This document shows, one piece after another, positions 10,333 to 21,009 of a stretch of DNA of 64,000 bases. The DNA is from Spirochaetaceae bacterium. Its GTDB lineage: Bacteria; Spirochaetota; Spirochaetia; DSM-2461. The stretch lies in contig OZ245056.1 in NCBI GenBank assembly GCA_965224705.1, positions 1,248,001 through 1,312,000 on the forward strand. Reading direction: 5' to 3'. Under the pieces are notes generated by a model that saw only the letters and a program-made list of their open reading frames with translations, made no database searches and had not been told where the DNA came from. Within the stretch, counting starts at the first letter, position 1. Each line of letters starts with the position of its first letter. The position numbers were made by a program, and so were the translations under genes.

Positions 10333-10596
10333 CTACAGTTCACTTGATATTTGAGCCAGGGCTAAAGTCACTGCATTTTGTATGAAAGCTGCTATACCTT
10401 TCTCTTTCGCTTTTACATCTTCACTCAGTGAAATAATGTGTGGCTTGATTTCCAACGGAAGAGCTTCATCAATTCGTTCTTCAATTCGTTCATCGTCATG
10501 AGATGTTAGAAACTCAAGAAATGCTCCAATTGCCAGGACACTATCATGATAGCCGTAATGATGGACAGTAATGCAAAGCTGATACTCTTTTATGCC
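10333..10596 (-). pseudogene. Start-less gene fragment (C-terminus of an unidentified protein)
   Basis: 88-codon open frame GIKEYQLCITVHHYGYHDSVLAIGAFLEF...TLALAQISSEL* with protein-like composition and no upstream start; lies next to the 10676 repeat. Confidence 0.4.
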
Positions 10597-10675
10597 TCAG
10601 GCCAAGGTGTGGCCGCATTGCAGCAAATCCAGTGCTCAAAAAGATACACAGGTGAGTATTCCATTACCTTGAACA

Positions 10676-10710
10676 CTCTGCGCTCTCTGCGTCCTCTGCG
10701 GTTAAAAACA
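10676..10710. repeat. 35-bp dispersed repeat with three CTCTGCG iterations (copy 1)
   Basis: CTCTGCGCTCTCTGCGTCCTCTGCGGTTAAAAACA is identical to 11231..11265; a degenerate copy lies at ~27190..27215. Confidence 0.85.
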
Positions 10711-11108
10711 CGAACACTCCCCCCCACCAAACCTCCCCCAGCGGCCATTATAACACACCAGAAAACGGAGTGCATCCGCAGCGCTTCTGTTCGGTCTGCA
10801 TTCAAGGTGAATATGAAGAGTTTGGAAAAAATTGAAACGTTAAAAGAGACCGCCTGGGACGCCGACTGCCGTCCGTAAACCATGCCCAAAGGCAGGCCCA
10901 GTGTATCCGGGATAGAACTCTCCACTGCACAGGCGGTCTATTGGCAGTATCGGAGATTGACGGGGGAATGTCAATTGGTCGGATTGCAAAAAAATTGATT
11001 GGGCGGAAATTGAAGGGGAAAAGCTGGATTTCAGCTACAAAGCAGAATAAGGCGGCGGCGTTTCTGGCCGCCAGTGTGCCCGCTTTGAGCATCATAACTT
11101 CATATATG

Positions 11109-11230
11109 GGGCACCTCTAAAAAACACCCATTCCGTTTCTGGCTTGATCTTTACCACTGCCGCTGCGCTGCCAAAATGCTCACGCAGCCCAGCTGCACTC
11201 CGCTTTTATCGCCTTGTATCAGTGAAAAAT
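11109..11230 (-). mobile_element. Truncated MITE copy
   Basis: Close reverse complement of ~6945..7063; begins GGGCACCTCTAAAAAACACCCATT and is cut off by the 11231 repeat. Confidence 0.8.
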
Positions 11231-11265
11231 CTCTGCGCTCTCTGCGTCCTCTGCGGTTAAAAACA
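11231..11265. repeat. 35-bp dispersed CTCTGCG repeat (copy 2)
   Basis: Identical to 10676..10710. Confidence 0.85.
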
Positions 11266-11323
11266 TGAATAAAAACCATTGCAATAGTATGGCCATTATG
11301 GGAATATTACCTGGAGGTACTAG

Positions 11324-12679
11324 ATGAAAAAAAATACCTACCTGTTCCACTGGATTCTCGCAGGGTTCTCTGTCTTTCTTCTTTCCCCATCCTGCTCACT
11401 TTTCGGGAGTGGCAACGGAACGAATAACGGCACAGGTACCCCGGGGTCGGCTTTCGACACAGTGTCTTCATCGGCAGCGAGAATGACTGTCAGCAACGAT
11501 GGTGATCGGATAAAGGAACTGGTATCCGCCGAGAATTCCTTTGCCATCGCCCTCTATAAAGAACTGACTGCCGGAGATGAGAATTTCTTCTTCTCCCCTC
11601 ACAGCATTGTGTCCGCATTGGGAATGGCCGTCACCGGCGCGAGTGGAGATACGGCATCCCAGATGCGCTCAGCCCTTCAAACCGATGGAAAGAATAAACT
11701 CAACGACAACGGCCTTCATGCAGCCCTGAACGACATAAACCTTGGTTTGGATGACCATGCCGAAGCGACCGCCGGTCTCAATCTGAACATTGTCAATGAC
11801 GCATGGGGTCAGCAGGACTGGGCATTCAATGACTCTTATCTCGACATCCTGGCAAAGTACTACGGTGCCGGTATGAAACTCCTTGACTTCAAGACAGAGC
11901 CGGACAAGGGTAGAACCATCATCAATACGCACATCAGCGATGTTACAAACGCAAAGATTAAAAATCTCCTGCCCGAAGGGAGCATTAGCAATGCCACCCG
12001 CCTTGTCCTTACCAATGCGGTCTATTTCCTTGCCGGATGGCTCTATACCTTCGACAAGAATGCCACTGCGGAGGAGAGTTTCCATCGTCTGGATAAAACA
12101 AAAGTCCTCGTCCCACTGATGAAGCTGGGGGAAGACCGCAAGGACCTGGACAACTTGCGTTACGCCTGGAGCGATACGTACAAGACAAGGGCTCTGGAAC
12201 TTCCCTATGAGGGCGAACGCCTTGCCATGATTGTTTTCCTGCCCGATTCCGGTCAGTTCACAAACTTTGAAAATGCCATGACTCCCGAAATTCTCAATGA
12301 AATCATCGGCAATCTGACTCAAACCAGCCTGCCACCCGTCCGCCTCCCCAAATTTACCTATGAATCCCCGCCAATCTATTTGGTGGAGCCCCTTCAGGCA
12401 TTGGGCATGACGGATGCTTTCGATGCTTCAAAGGCTGACTTTTCCGGAATCGATGGAACTCAAGACCTTTACATAGCCAACATTCTCCATAAGTCCTTCA
12501 TCGCTGTCGACGAAGCCGGAACAGAGGCCGCCGCCGCAACGGCCGTAGTCGTCGATGTCACATCCTTACCAACTCACACACCCGAATTTGTGGCGGACCG
12601 GCCATTCATTTATATTATTCGCGACAGTGAAACCGGCTTGATTATCTTCATGGGGAAAGTTGCGGATCCAACCGCATAG
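11324..12679 (+). CDS. Serpin-family protease inhibitor, probable lipoprotein
   Basis: NFFFSPHSI, LTNAVYF, hinge DEAGTEAAAAT, FVADRPF and FMGKV motifs; N-terminal signal with a Cys (SPSC); GGAGG RBS. Confidence 0.92.
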   Translation: MKKNTYLFHWILAGFSVFLLSPSCSLFGSGNGTNNGTGTPGSAFDTVSSSAARMTVSNDGDRIKELVSAENSFAIALYKELTAGDENFFFSPHSIVSALGMAVTGASGDTASQMRSALQTDGKNKLNDNGLHAALNDINLGLDDHAEATAGLNLNIVNDAWGQQDWAFNDSYLDILAKYYGAGMKLLDFKTEPDKGRTIINTHISDVTNAKIKNLLPEGSISNATRLVLTNAVYFLAGWLYTFDKNATAEESFHRLDKTKVLVPLMKLGEDRKDLDNLRYAWSDTYKTRALELPYEGERLAMIVFLPDSGQFTNFENAMTPEILNEIIGNLTQTSLPPVRLPKFTYESPPIYLVEPLQALGMTDAFDASKADFSGIDGTQDLYIANILHKSFIAVDEAGTEAAAATAVVVDVTSLPTHTPEFVADRPFIYIIRDSETGLIIFMGKVADPTA

Positions 12680-12821
12680 ATCTTTCGGTCAGGATGATCC
12701 AGCGGCGGTTTTTTTGAGATTCACGATAGAAACATTCTTTATTCATATTCCCCTTATGCCTGGATGGTATATGTGAAATAATCCCCAGCGGGACAGGCTT
12801 TCGCTGGGAAAGGAGTAGAAA

Positions 12822-14252
12822 ATGTCTTCACGCTTCTCACTGATTTTTTTAGCCTTTACGTTTATGTTTGCTGCGGTCTCTGTATCGGCCCGGACTGGGG
12901 AACTACCCATCCCCCCTCTTCTGGAGTCAAAGGTGGTGGACGGTGTCCGGGTATTCAATCTCAGGGCGGATGAGGGCAGCCGGAGCTTCTTCAAGGGCGC
13001 GAAAACGCGCACCCTGGGATACAATGGGAATTATCTGGGGCCCACCATCCGGGCGAGCGAGGGTGAGCGCGTCGAAATCCGGGTGGAAAATCGTCTTGAG
13101 AATCCCACCACCGTTCATTGGCACGGCATGGACGTGCCCCCCGAAGCCGATGGCAATGTTCATCAGATGATTCCCCCCGGTAAGACCTGGTCGCCGTCCT
13201 TCACCATTCGTCAGCCAGCCGCCACCTTGTGGTATCATCCCCACTTATTCAAAACGACCGCGAAGCAGGTCTATCAGGGCCTGGCCGGTCTCTTCATTGT
13301 TGATGATGAGACTTCCGGGCGTTTGGGACTGCCCGAAGACTATGGTATAGACGACCTCCCCATCATCCTCCAGGACCGGCGTTTCGATTCATCCGGGCGC
13401 TTTTCTTTCTCGCCGAACATGCGGGATGTGATGCATGGGTATCAGGGCAATACTCTATTGGTGAACGGTGCCGTTTCCCCGGAAATGGAAGTCTCCCGGA
13501 AACCTCTGCGCCTTCGAATACTGAACGGCGGTGATTCCGCTGTGTTCCGCCTCCACTTTGAGGGCATGCCGAAGGTGTATCAAGTGGCTTCCGACGGTGG
13601 ATTCCTTGCCGCGCCTGTACCTCTGACCCATGTCGTTCTTTCTCCTTCGGAAAGGGTGGAGGTGATTCTCGATCTTGCCCAGGCTATCAGCGACACGGTT
13701 ACTCTTGTGACGGAAACTCATGACGGGCGGATTTACCGGGCACTCACCTTTCACCTTTCCGGCGCATCAGGAAGAGCCTGGAAGATACCCGCTTCTTTGA
13801 CACCGGTCGAAAGCATCCCGGTAGATCAATCAGCTCGAACACGGCATTTTCTTCTGGCCTCCGCCATGGGCGCTCGGATGACTATCAACGGCAGGGTGAT
13901 GGACATGAACCGGGTGGATCTGCGCGTGGGGCTGGGGAACACGGAGATATGGGAAATCGAAAATGGAGACGACGGCGGTCGCCGGGAAAACAGAGGAGGC
14001 ATGATGGGAGGGGGAATGATAAGCCAGCCTCATAATTTCCATGTCCACGCCGTCCGTTTTCTCATCCTGGACATCAATGGCCGCCCGCCCCCGCCGTCAC
14101 TTTCCGGGTGGAAAGACACTGTTCTTCTCTGGCCTGGCGACAAAGTGCGTATTATCGCCCGTTTTGATTCCTACCCCGGCCTCTACATGTATCATTGCCA
14201 TTTACTGGTTCATGAGGATGCGGGCATGATGGGTCAGTTTATGATTGAATGA
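12822..14252 (+). CDS. Multicopper oxidase (CueO-like)
   Basis: Copper ligands HWHG, WYHPH, HNFHVH and HCHLLVHEDAGM; N-terminal signal peptide. Confidence 0.92.
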   Translation: MSSRFSLIFLAFTFMFAAVSVSARTGELPIPPLLESKVVDGVRVFNLRADEGSRSFFKGAKTRTLGYNGNYLGPTIRASEGERVEIRVENRLENPTTVHWHGMDVPPEADGNVHQMIPPGKTWSPSFTIRQPAATLWYHPHLFKTTAKQVYQGLAGLFIVDDETSGRLGLPEDYGIDDLPIILQDRRFDSSGRFSFSPNMRDVMHGYQGNTLLVNGAVSPEMEVSRKPLRLRILNGGDSAVFRLHFEGMPKVYQVASDGGFLAAPVPLTHVVLSPSERVEVILDLAQAISDTVTLVTETHDGRIYRALTFHLSGASGRAWKIPASLTPVESIPVDQSARTRHFLLASAMGARMTINGRVMDMNRVDLRVGLGNTEIWEIENGDDGGRRENRGGMMGGGMISQPHNFHVHAVRFLILDINGRPPPPSLSGWKDTVLLWPGDKVRIIARFDSYPGLYMYHCHLLVHEDAGMMGQFMIE

Positions 14253-14314
14253 ATGCGGAGCATCATCGGCGCTGACTTTGCAAGTAAGAGCGGCATCAAC
14301 CGTTTGGAGGAAGG

Positions 14315-15484
14315 ATGAGTAGAAGGGAATCGGCGAGGGGGAGTATTACAATCGGGGCATTTGCCGCTTTCTTCATGTTCGGCTTTGTGGATAACATCAA
14401 AGGGCCTGTGATTCCAACGATACTGGAAGACTTGCAATTCACTTATTCGCAAGGGTCTGCCATATTGTTTTCGGCCTACCTCGGCTTCTTGATCGCAACC
14501 TTATTGACCGGCTATCTATCGGAAATCCGGGGAGAGAAGGCCATCCTGGTGTTTGCCGGTGTAATAATGGCTCTGGGAGCTTTCAGCTATGGGGCCATGA
14601 ATTTACCAATAATGCTGTATATCTCCAGCATGGGAATCGGCCTGGGGCTAGGGTCAATAGAAGTCGGTGCCAACAGAATCATTACCCGCATCCATCACCA
14701 GGATAAGGGAAAGTTTTTGAATCTATTGGCTTTTTTTCACGGTGTCGGTTCTATGCTCGCGCCTCTCTACGCGGGCAAACTCATAAGCTCTGGAATGAGT
14801 TGGCGGTCGGTCTACTTCATCGGCGGCGGAATTGTTTTGATTATGCCGATTTATTTCTTGATACTCAAGATTCCATTTGCCCCAACTGATGATGACAAGA
14901 AGGAAACTCTGAAAAAAAGAATAGCTGCTCTGGGCGAAAAGCGGCTTGTTCTCATCGCCTTATTGCTGCTGTTTTATGTCGCCGCCGAGATTAGCATCGC
15001 GTCCTGGATGGTTGATTTTTTGCGGAAAGAAAAAGGGTTATCCCTGGAGCTTAGTTCCCTGTTTCTGTCTTTGTATTTTGCCTTCATGACAGGCGGACGG
15101 CTTCTCGGCAGTTTCTTTGTGACTCGTATTGGATATTTCAGAGTCATGATTATCGCCGTTATTTTGTCTATCCTGACTTTGGCTGGCGGGATTTTTCTCG
15201 ATAACAGCCTGGCAATTCTTCTCTCTATAACGGGATTTTTCTACTCTATAATTTTTCCAACAGCGACTGCAATGGCTGTGGAAAAAACAAAAGCATCCAT
15301 TGGCCTTGTGTATAGTTTACTCTTTTTTTCCGCCGGGATCGGGGGGATTCTCGGGCCATGGTTCTCCGGAAATATCGCTAACGCTTTTACAATTTTCACC
15401 GGATTTTCAATGGCTATCATTTACGCGGGAGTTATGCTGATTATTCTTTTATACCTTGGGGGCACCTCTAAAAAACACAGTTAG
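14315..15484 (+). CDS. MFS transporter (FucP/TsgA-like)
   Basis: About 12 hydrophobic segments; GPVIP, FFHGVGSMLAP, YVAAE and GRLLG motifs. Confidence 0.85.
   Translation: MSRRESARGSITIGAFAAFFMFGFVDNIKGPVIPTILEDLQFTYSQGSAILFSAYLGFLIATLLTGYLSEIRGEKAILVFAGVIMALGAFSYGAMNLPIMLYISSMGIGLGLGSIEVGANRIITRIHHQDKGKFLNLLAFFHGVGSMLAPLYAGKLISSGMSWRSVYFIGGGIVLIMPIYFLILKIPFAPTDDDKKETLKKRIAALGEKRLVLIALLLLFYVAAEISIASWMVDFLRKEKGLSLELSSLFLSLYFAFMTGGRLLGSFFVTRIGYFRVMIIAVILSILTLAGGIFLDNSLAILLSITGFFYSIIFPTATAMAVEKTKASIGLVYSLLFFSAGIGGILGPWFSGNIANAFTIFTGFSMAIIYAGVMLIILLYLGGTSKKHS
15460..15478. mobile_element. Isolated MITE/IS terminal fragment
   Basis: GGGCACCTCTAAAAAACAC is identical to the start of the 11109 element and encodes the last MFS residues. 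Confidence 0.65.
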
Positions 15485-18400
15485 GATGACACTGGCGATT
15501 CTTGGACACCCTGTTCCAGCTGTTCAACAACCGACCGGACATATTTAAGTATCATTCGATCCCGAAGTTGTTCTTCCTGGGTATACAGCAAAGGAGTTTC
15601 AACCTTGCCGGGGCCTGCCTGCAAGTCGCCGAAATGATCTTTCCATTCGCATTCATTCAGCACCAAAGGATGCATGCCGTAGTACTCGCCGGACTTTTCC
15701 TTCTTTTTCCTGGTTTCCCTGGCCACATTTACTTCCTTCACACAATAGTCAGTACCCAGGAAGCGGCGGCTTACAAGAAACAGCACGGCATCGGCTGATC
15801 GGATTTCCTGCTCCAGCCGTGGATCCCACTTTTCACCGTTTTTCAGTTTCCAATCCCCATAATACTCAAAGAACACCGCTCCCGGTATCCGCTGCAACTG
15901 ATCAAGGCTCTGGATAACGATATCAAGGATTTCCTCCTCTTCTTTCTTATAGGCCACAAACAATTTTTTCTTTCGGCCTTTTGCCGGTATGGGGAGAATG
16001 TCTTGCCTGTCCGTCGGCCGCGTCATTTCGCCGGACCGTGTATAGTTTTTAATTCCGGCTCTTTCCAGGGTTTCCGCAATGCTCTGCAGAACCGGATCAA
16101 GAAAATCCTGAACGGCCATGCCGCCCTGGTTTTTTGTCTGAACTTCTATGGTGCCCTGCTGCCCGAATTCCCCCCTCCCAGGTTAAAGCTAATCTGGATG
16201 AGATTGCCCTTGATCATCAGGCCCTCCCCGCAGCGAAAATAGAATACCTCATCCCTCCAGGTGGAGCCGACATTGGCCAACCAGTTATTCACTACCCCCC
16301 GGTGCAGAAACGGGCATCTGAACTGGACCGTGCTCGTTTCACCGTCGTAATTATCAAACATGTTGCGCCACTGGCGGTTGCGTGCATCGCAGAGTTCGGG
16401 AAGGATGTACGCTTTTTCGTAAAATGGGGTGTTTTTGGGTGTTGTCTCGAACGCGGCGGCGCAGGATACCATCATGGTCAGGAAAAGCTTATGCTCGTCT
16501 TCCGTGTTATCGGGCCAGACTTCTTTGGCCATAAAGGCGTAGAATTTTCCGTTGTCTTTCCTTATCAGTGTGATCCATGTTTTCTTTCTGTCAAACAGTG
16601 CGTAGACGGCGTCGAGCATCCACTGCTGATCCAGGATAATCTGCCCCCTGAACAGATCCGGTTGATAAAACAGCTCCCCGCTGCCGTGCAGGTATTGCAG
16701 AAGCGTGTCGGGGGCCGGGCACTGCGCCTCTTTCTTGAATTGATCTTTGTCCAATAGCTTTTCGTTCTTTCGGCGTTCATTGAGTCTCTCAATAACCTTC
16801 GGCCATGCCTTTGGCAGGGGATATTTTCTTCTCTCTGATGCCCTTTGCAATTTGAGACGGATATCCTCTGTGGTGTATTTCAAATTCGTCCTGTCATTGA
16901 AGGCATTGGGAACTGTCACCTTGTCCAGGGCCGTCTCGTTATCCAGCATCCGCTTGGCCTGATCCCAGGGATCGGGCTGTTTGGACGGCGCGGGGGCAAT
17001 CTCCACGGGCAGAATCCGTGCGTTGGGGGAAGCGGTTTTCGCCATGTCCAGCCAGTAGGCCAGAGATTTGTTTTCCCATTCCCAGCCCTTTCCGTCTGCC
17101 TGTTTTTCAGGCTCGTCCCGCCGGTAGCAGAGAAGGATGCCATCAACGGATTTCATAAACAGATGATGGGTGGCCAGGTAGAGGTCCTGTCCGCCAAAGT
17201 CCCAGAATTTTATGGCGATGCCTTCCACGTTAATGCGGCGAATGACGATGCCATGGGTGGATTCCTCATCTTCCTGCAGCTTTTCGCCATTCAATGCCTT
17301 CAGCAGTGTGGTTTTTCCTGTTCTCCCGTTGCCCAGAACCAGCCATTTCCTTATCCTGTTCTCCACTTCTCCCTTTGCTAGTTCCTCAAAGTAGTCATTG
17401 GCGGCGGGGATGCAGTTGTCCAAAAAACTATCTCCAAGCAACTCCAGAGGGAAGTCACTCAGGGGATTGCCATGCAAGCGTAGATCATCGAGTTTCAACA
17501 GGAAGCGCGGGAAGTCTTGTATGCCGCAACCGTGGAAATTCGCTGTAACAAGTGAATCCAGCCCCTCCAGGGCCCTCAGGTCGGACAGGTTTTTGCAATT
17601 TGAAGCATGAAGTACCTCCAGGGTCTGCAGTTTCTGAAGAACGTTCAGGGTCTTCAGGTGGGGATTCCCGCCTAAGCTGATTTTCCTGATGGCGGTCAGC
17701 CCCTCCAGGATCCTCAGGTCGGACAGGTTTTTACAGCTCCAAGCATCAAGTTCCTCCAGGGTGTTCAGTTTCTGAAGAACGTTCAGGGTCTTCAGGTGGG
17801 GATTCCCGCCTAAGCTGATTTTCCTGATGGCGGTCAGCCCCTCCAAAGCCCTCAGGTCGGACAGGTTTTCACAGTCTGAAACATCAAGTTCCTCCAGTGC
17901 CTGCATTTTCTGAAGCCCGTTCAGGTTTTCCAGTCGGGGATTCCTCTTTGAGTTGATTTTCCTGATGGCGGTCAGCCCTTCCAGGGCCCTCAGGTCGGAT
18001 AGGTTTTCACAGCCTGAAACATCAAGTTCCTCCAGTGCCTGCATTTTCTGAAGCCCGTTCAGAGTCTTCAGGTGGGGATTGTCGCTTAAGATGATTTTCC
18101 TGATGGCGGTCAGCCCCTCCAGGGCCCTCAGGTCGGACAGGTTTTCACAGTCTGAAACATCAAGTTCCTCCAGTGCCTGCATTTTCTGAAGCCCGTTCAG
18201 AGTCTTCAGGTGGGGATTGTAGCGTAAGATGATTTTCCTGATGGCGGTCAGCCCCTCCAGGGCCCTCAGGTCGGACAGGTCTTCACCGAATAAAACATCA
18301 AGTTCCTCCAGTGCCTGCATTTTCTGAAGCCCGTTCAGGTTTTCCAGTCGGGGATTGTCGCGTAAGATGATTTTCCTGATGGCGGTCAACCCCTCCAGGG

Positions 18401-19710
18401 CCCTCAGGTCGGAGAAGTTTTCACAGCCTGAAACATCAAGTTCCTCCAGTGCCTGCATTTTCTGAAGCCCGTTCAGGTTTTCCAGTCGGGGATTGTCGCG
18501 TAAGATGATTTTCCTGATGGCGGTCAACCCCTCCAGGGCCCTCAGGTCGGATAGGTTTTCACAGTCTGAAACATTAAGTTCCTCCAGGGTCTGCAGTTTC
18601 TGAAGTAGGTTCAGGGTCTTCTGCCGGGGATTCTTGCTTAATCTGATTTTTCTGATGGTGGTCAGACCCCCCTAGGGCCCTCAGGTCGGAGAGGTTTTCA
18701 CAGCCTGAAACATCAATTTCCTCCAGGCCCTGCAGTTTCTGAAGAACGTTCAGGGTCTTCAGGTGAGGATTGCGGTATAAGTCAATTTTCCTGATGCTGG
18801 ACAACCCCTCCAGGGCTCTTAGGTCGGAGAGGTTCTCACAGCCTGAAACATCAATTTCCTCCAGGGCCTGCATTTTCTGAAGCCCGTTCAGGTTTTTCAG
18901 TCGGGGGTTCCCGCGTAAGATGATTTTCCTGATGGCGGTCAGCCCCTCCAGGGCCCTCAGGTCGGACAGGTTTTCACAGTCTGAAGCATCAAGTTCCTCC
19001 AGGGCCTGCATTTTCTGAAGCCCGTTCAGGTTTTTCAGTCGGGGGTTCCCGTGTAAGCTGATTTTCCTGATGGCGGTCAACCCCTCCAGGGCCCTCAGAT
19101 CGGAGAGGTTTTTACAGCCTGAAACATCAAGTTTCTCCAGTGCCTGCATTTTCTGAAGCACATTAAGGGTTTTCAGTCGGTGATTGTAGCTTAAGTTAAT
19201 TTCCCTGATGCTGGTCAACCCCTCCAGGGCCCTCAGATCGGAGAGGTTTTTACAGCCTGAAACATCAAGTTCCTCCAGGGTCTGTAGTTTCTGAAGCCCG
19301 TTCAGGTTTTTCAGTCGGGGGTTCCCTCGTAAGATGATTTTCCTGATGGCGGTCAGATCCCCCAGGGCACGCAGGTCGGAAAAGCTCTTCAGATTGCCGT
19401 TCCCTGTTATGGCCAGAGTTTTAAGCCGCTGAAGCCCTCCCAGCGCATCGAAATCGCCGAAGTTTCCGCATCCATACAGTCCCAATTCCTCCAATGCCGG
19501 GAGGTTTCCCAGTCTTTCAATAGAGGATAATAGGTGATTGTTGTGAATGATCAACCGCTTAAGATGTGTCAGTCCATTGATTTCGTCTGGAAACCGCTCG
19601 AAATGTAGATCCTCCAGCTCCAGCGATTCATTCCGTCCATCGCGACAGTGGATAATCGCTTTGCGGGCCCTTTCAAAATCCGCCTTTCTTCTATCGCCTG
19701 TATAGGTCAT
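15481..19710 (-). pseudogene. LRR-Roc-COR-TIR (Roco) protein, ~1400 aa, with two frameshifts
   Basis: LRR ORF 18574..19710; LRR-Roc-COR ORF 16146..18527 (P-loop GNGRTGKTT, G3 DFGGQ, COR LHGSGELFY/IILDQQW); TIR ORF 15481..16119 (LFVAY...ADAVLFLVSRRFLGTDYCVKE). The frames join through C6 tracts at 18667-18672 and 16170-16175. Confidence 0.85.
17560..19385 (-). repeat. Tandem array of 14 anchored 138-bp (46-aa, two-LRR) units
   Basis: A CTCAGGTCGG-type anchor recurs at 17575, 17713, 17851, 17989, 18127, 18265, 18403, 18541, 18680, 18818, 18956, 19094, 19232 and 19370. Spacing is 138 bp except one 139-bp interval, which is the frameshift. Confidence 0.93.
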
Positions 19711-20259
19711 GCCGTCATGTCCATGCTAAACGCCGTCTCCCTTTGCTTGATGGCGCTATTCTATCGGAAAACAGAAGGCTTTTCAATGGAATGACTATCC
19801 CCATATAACTCCCCCCGTCTACCGGTTTCAAAGAATGAAATCAGAAAAAGCTGAGCGCTAATATGCCATAACGGAAAAATGTCAACAGCGGAGCAAAAGT
19901 TCTGGAATTTTGCGGTTTCAAACTCCCGCTTTTGGGTAGAATTAAACAGAATCAACGATTTTCTAACCAGTCTTCATCCGGGATGAATCGCGATTACCTC
20001 CATCAGATAAGCCCTATTTCGCCGTTTCATGATGTCAGCATGTCGAGATCCGCCCAGGGATCCCTGCTGGAGGACGATTCTCAATTTGCTGGCCGGGCCA
20101 GCCGGAACCCGATTGAGAGATTGCTATCGCCAGGGCTGAAGTGGCTGCCGTTCCGATAGACCCGGGTCGAGCCCGAAGACGGCCCAAAATGTTCACCATG
20201 TAGAAAACAACCTGACACAGACCTGAACGCAACTCCAAAATCATGCTATCCTGTAAACG

Positions 20260-20931
20260 AGGAAATTCATCCGAGAATACAAAAAGTATTTCACCGAGAC
20301 ATGTCCCGGGCACTTCATCGGCAACTATGGGATGTACAAAACTCACACCATCAACATTGAAGCCATCCGATTATCGGGACCTGACGGAGTCTTTCTATCC
20401 GAATTCTGTCGGAATATTGACCGCTTATCCGGCCAGGCTGAAATCAAGGAGTCTGTCGGACTTTAAGGCTTCGAGGCGATTTTTGATGATTTTTTCCTGA
20501 TGCAAGGCGACAAAAACGGAGCGTAGCTGGGCTACGTGAGTATTTTGGCAACGCAGCAGCAGGGAAAAAGGGCAAAAATCGAGCCGTGAGGCGTAAGTCC
20601 GACAGACTCCAAGGAGTCCGGTTTCCCCAAACAGATTATTGACAAACTGCTTAAGGGCATTATAAGGAGAACAATATGGTACCTGTTGCCGATGTAACGG
20701 AGCTGATGAGACCTCAACTTGAAAAGGCCTGGGATGACGGAATAGAAAAGGGCAAAAAAGAAGGCGAAAAAAAAAGCCATAGCCCAAACAGCCAGGCGCT
20801 TAAAGGCCGCCGGAGCCGACATGGAACTCATCATCAAGACCACCGGCCTGAGCGAAGAAGAGATCCAGAAACTCAAACAGGAACAAATCTCCCCCATTGA
20901 TAGCCCCACTACAGAAAACCGCTCAGATTAA
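20260..20931 (+). pseudogene. Degraded gene with an Rpn-like C-terminus, interrupted by a MITE
   Basis: The frame ..GQAEIK|ESGFPKQ.. reads through once the MITE is removed. The tail EKAWDDGIEKGKKEGEK../..ARRLKAAGADMELIIKTTGLSEEEIQKL is broken at an A-run near 20767-20775. Confidence 0.6.
20449..20609 (+). mobile_element. 161-bp MITE with 4-bp target duplication
   Basis: TIRs GAGTCTGTCGGACTT and AAGTCCGACAGACTC flanked by CAAG direct repeats; 2 mismatches to the 54135 copy. Confidence 0.92.
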
Positions 20932-21009
20932 AATATCTCGGAATTTCACTTGCTCTTTTTGTGTTCTCCATGCAAGATTAGGTTAAACTACATGAATAAG
21001 GAGAGATCT

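Noticed and set aside
10720..11100. Short ORFs between the two CTCTGCG repeats
   Set aside because: They overlap each other and have no recognisable motif, so no product can be supported.
7063..15480. Integron cassette array
   Set aside because: The genes have mixed orientation, no integrase is present, and I found no convincing paired attC sites.
17560..19385. Possible CRISPR array
   Set aside because: The 138-bp units are in-frame coding LRR repeats with no unique spacers, and no cas genes are present.
15481..19710. Diversity-generating retroelement
   Set aside because: There is no reverse transcriptase or separate template repeat in the window, and several variable codons do not fit A-only mutagenesis.
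20425..20909. Minus-strand ORFs 20425..20787 and 20532..20909, and ORFs 54065..54310 and 54169..54393 sharing GVCRTYASRLDF-type peptides
   Set aside because: These are translations of the MITE and of antisense Rpn sequence, not a gene family.
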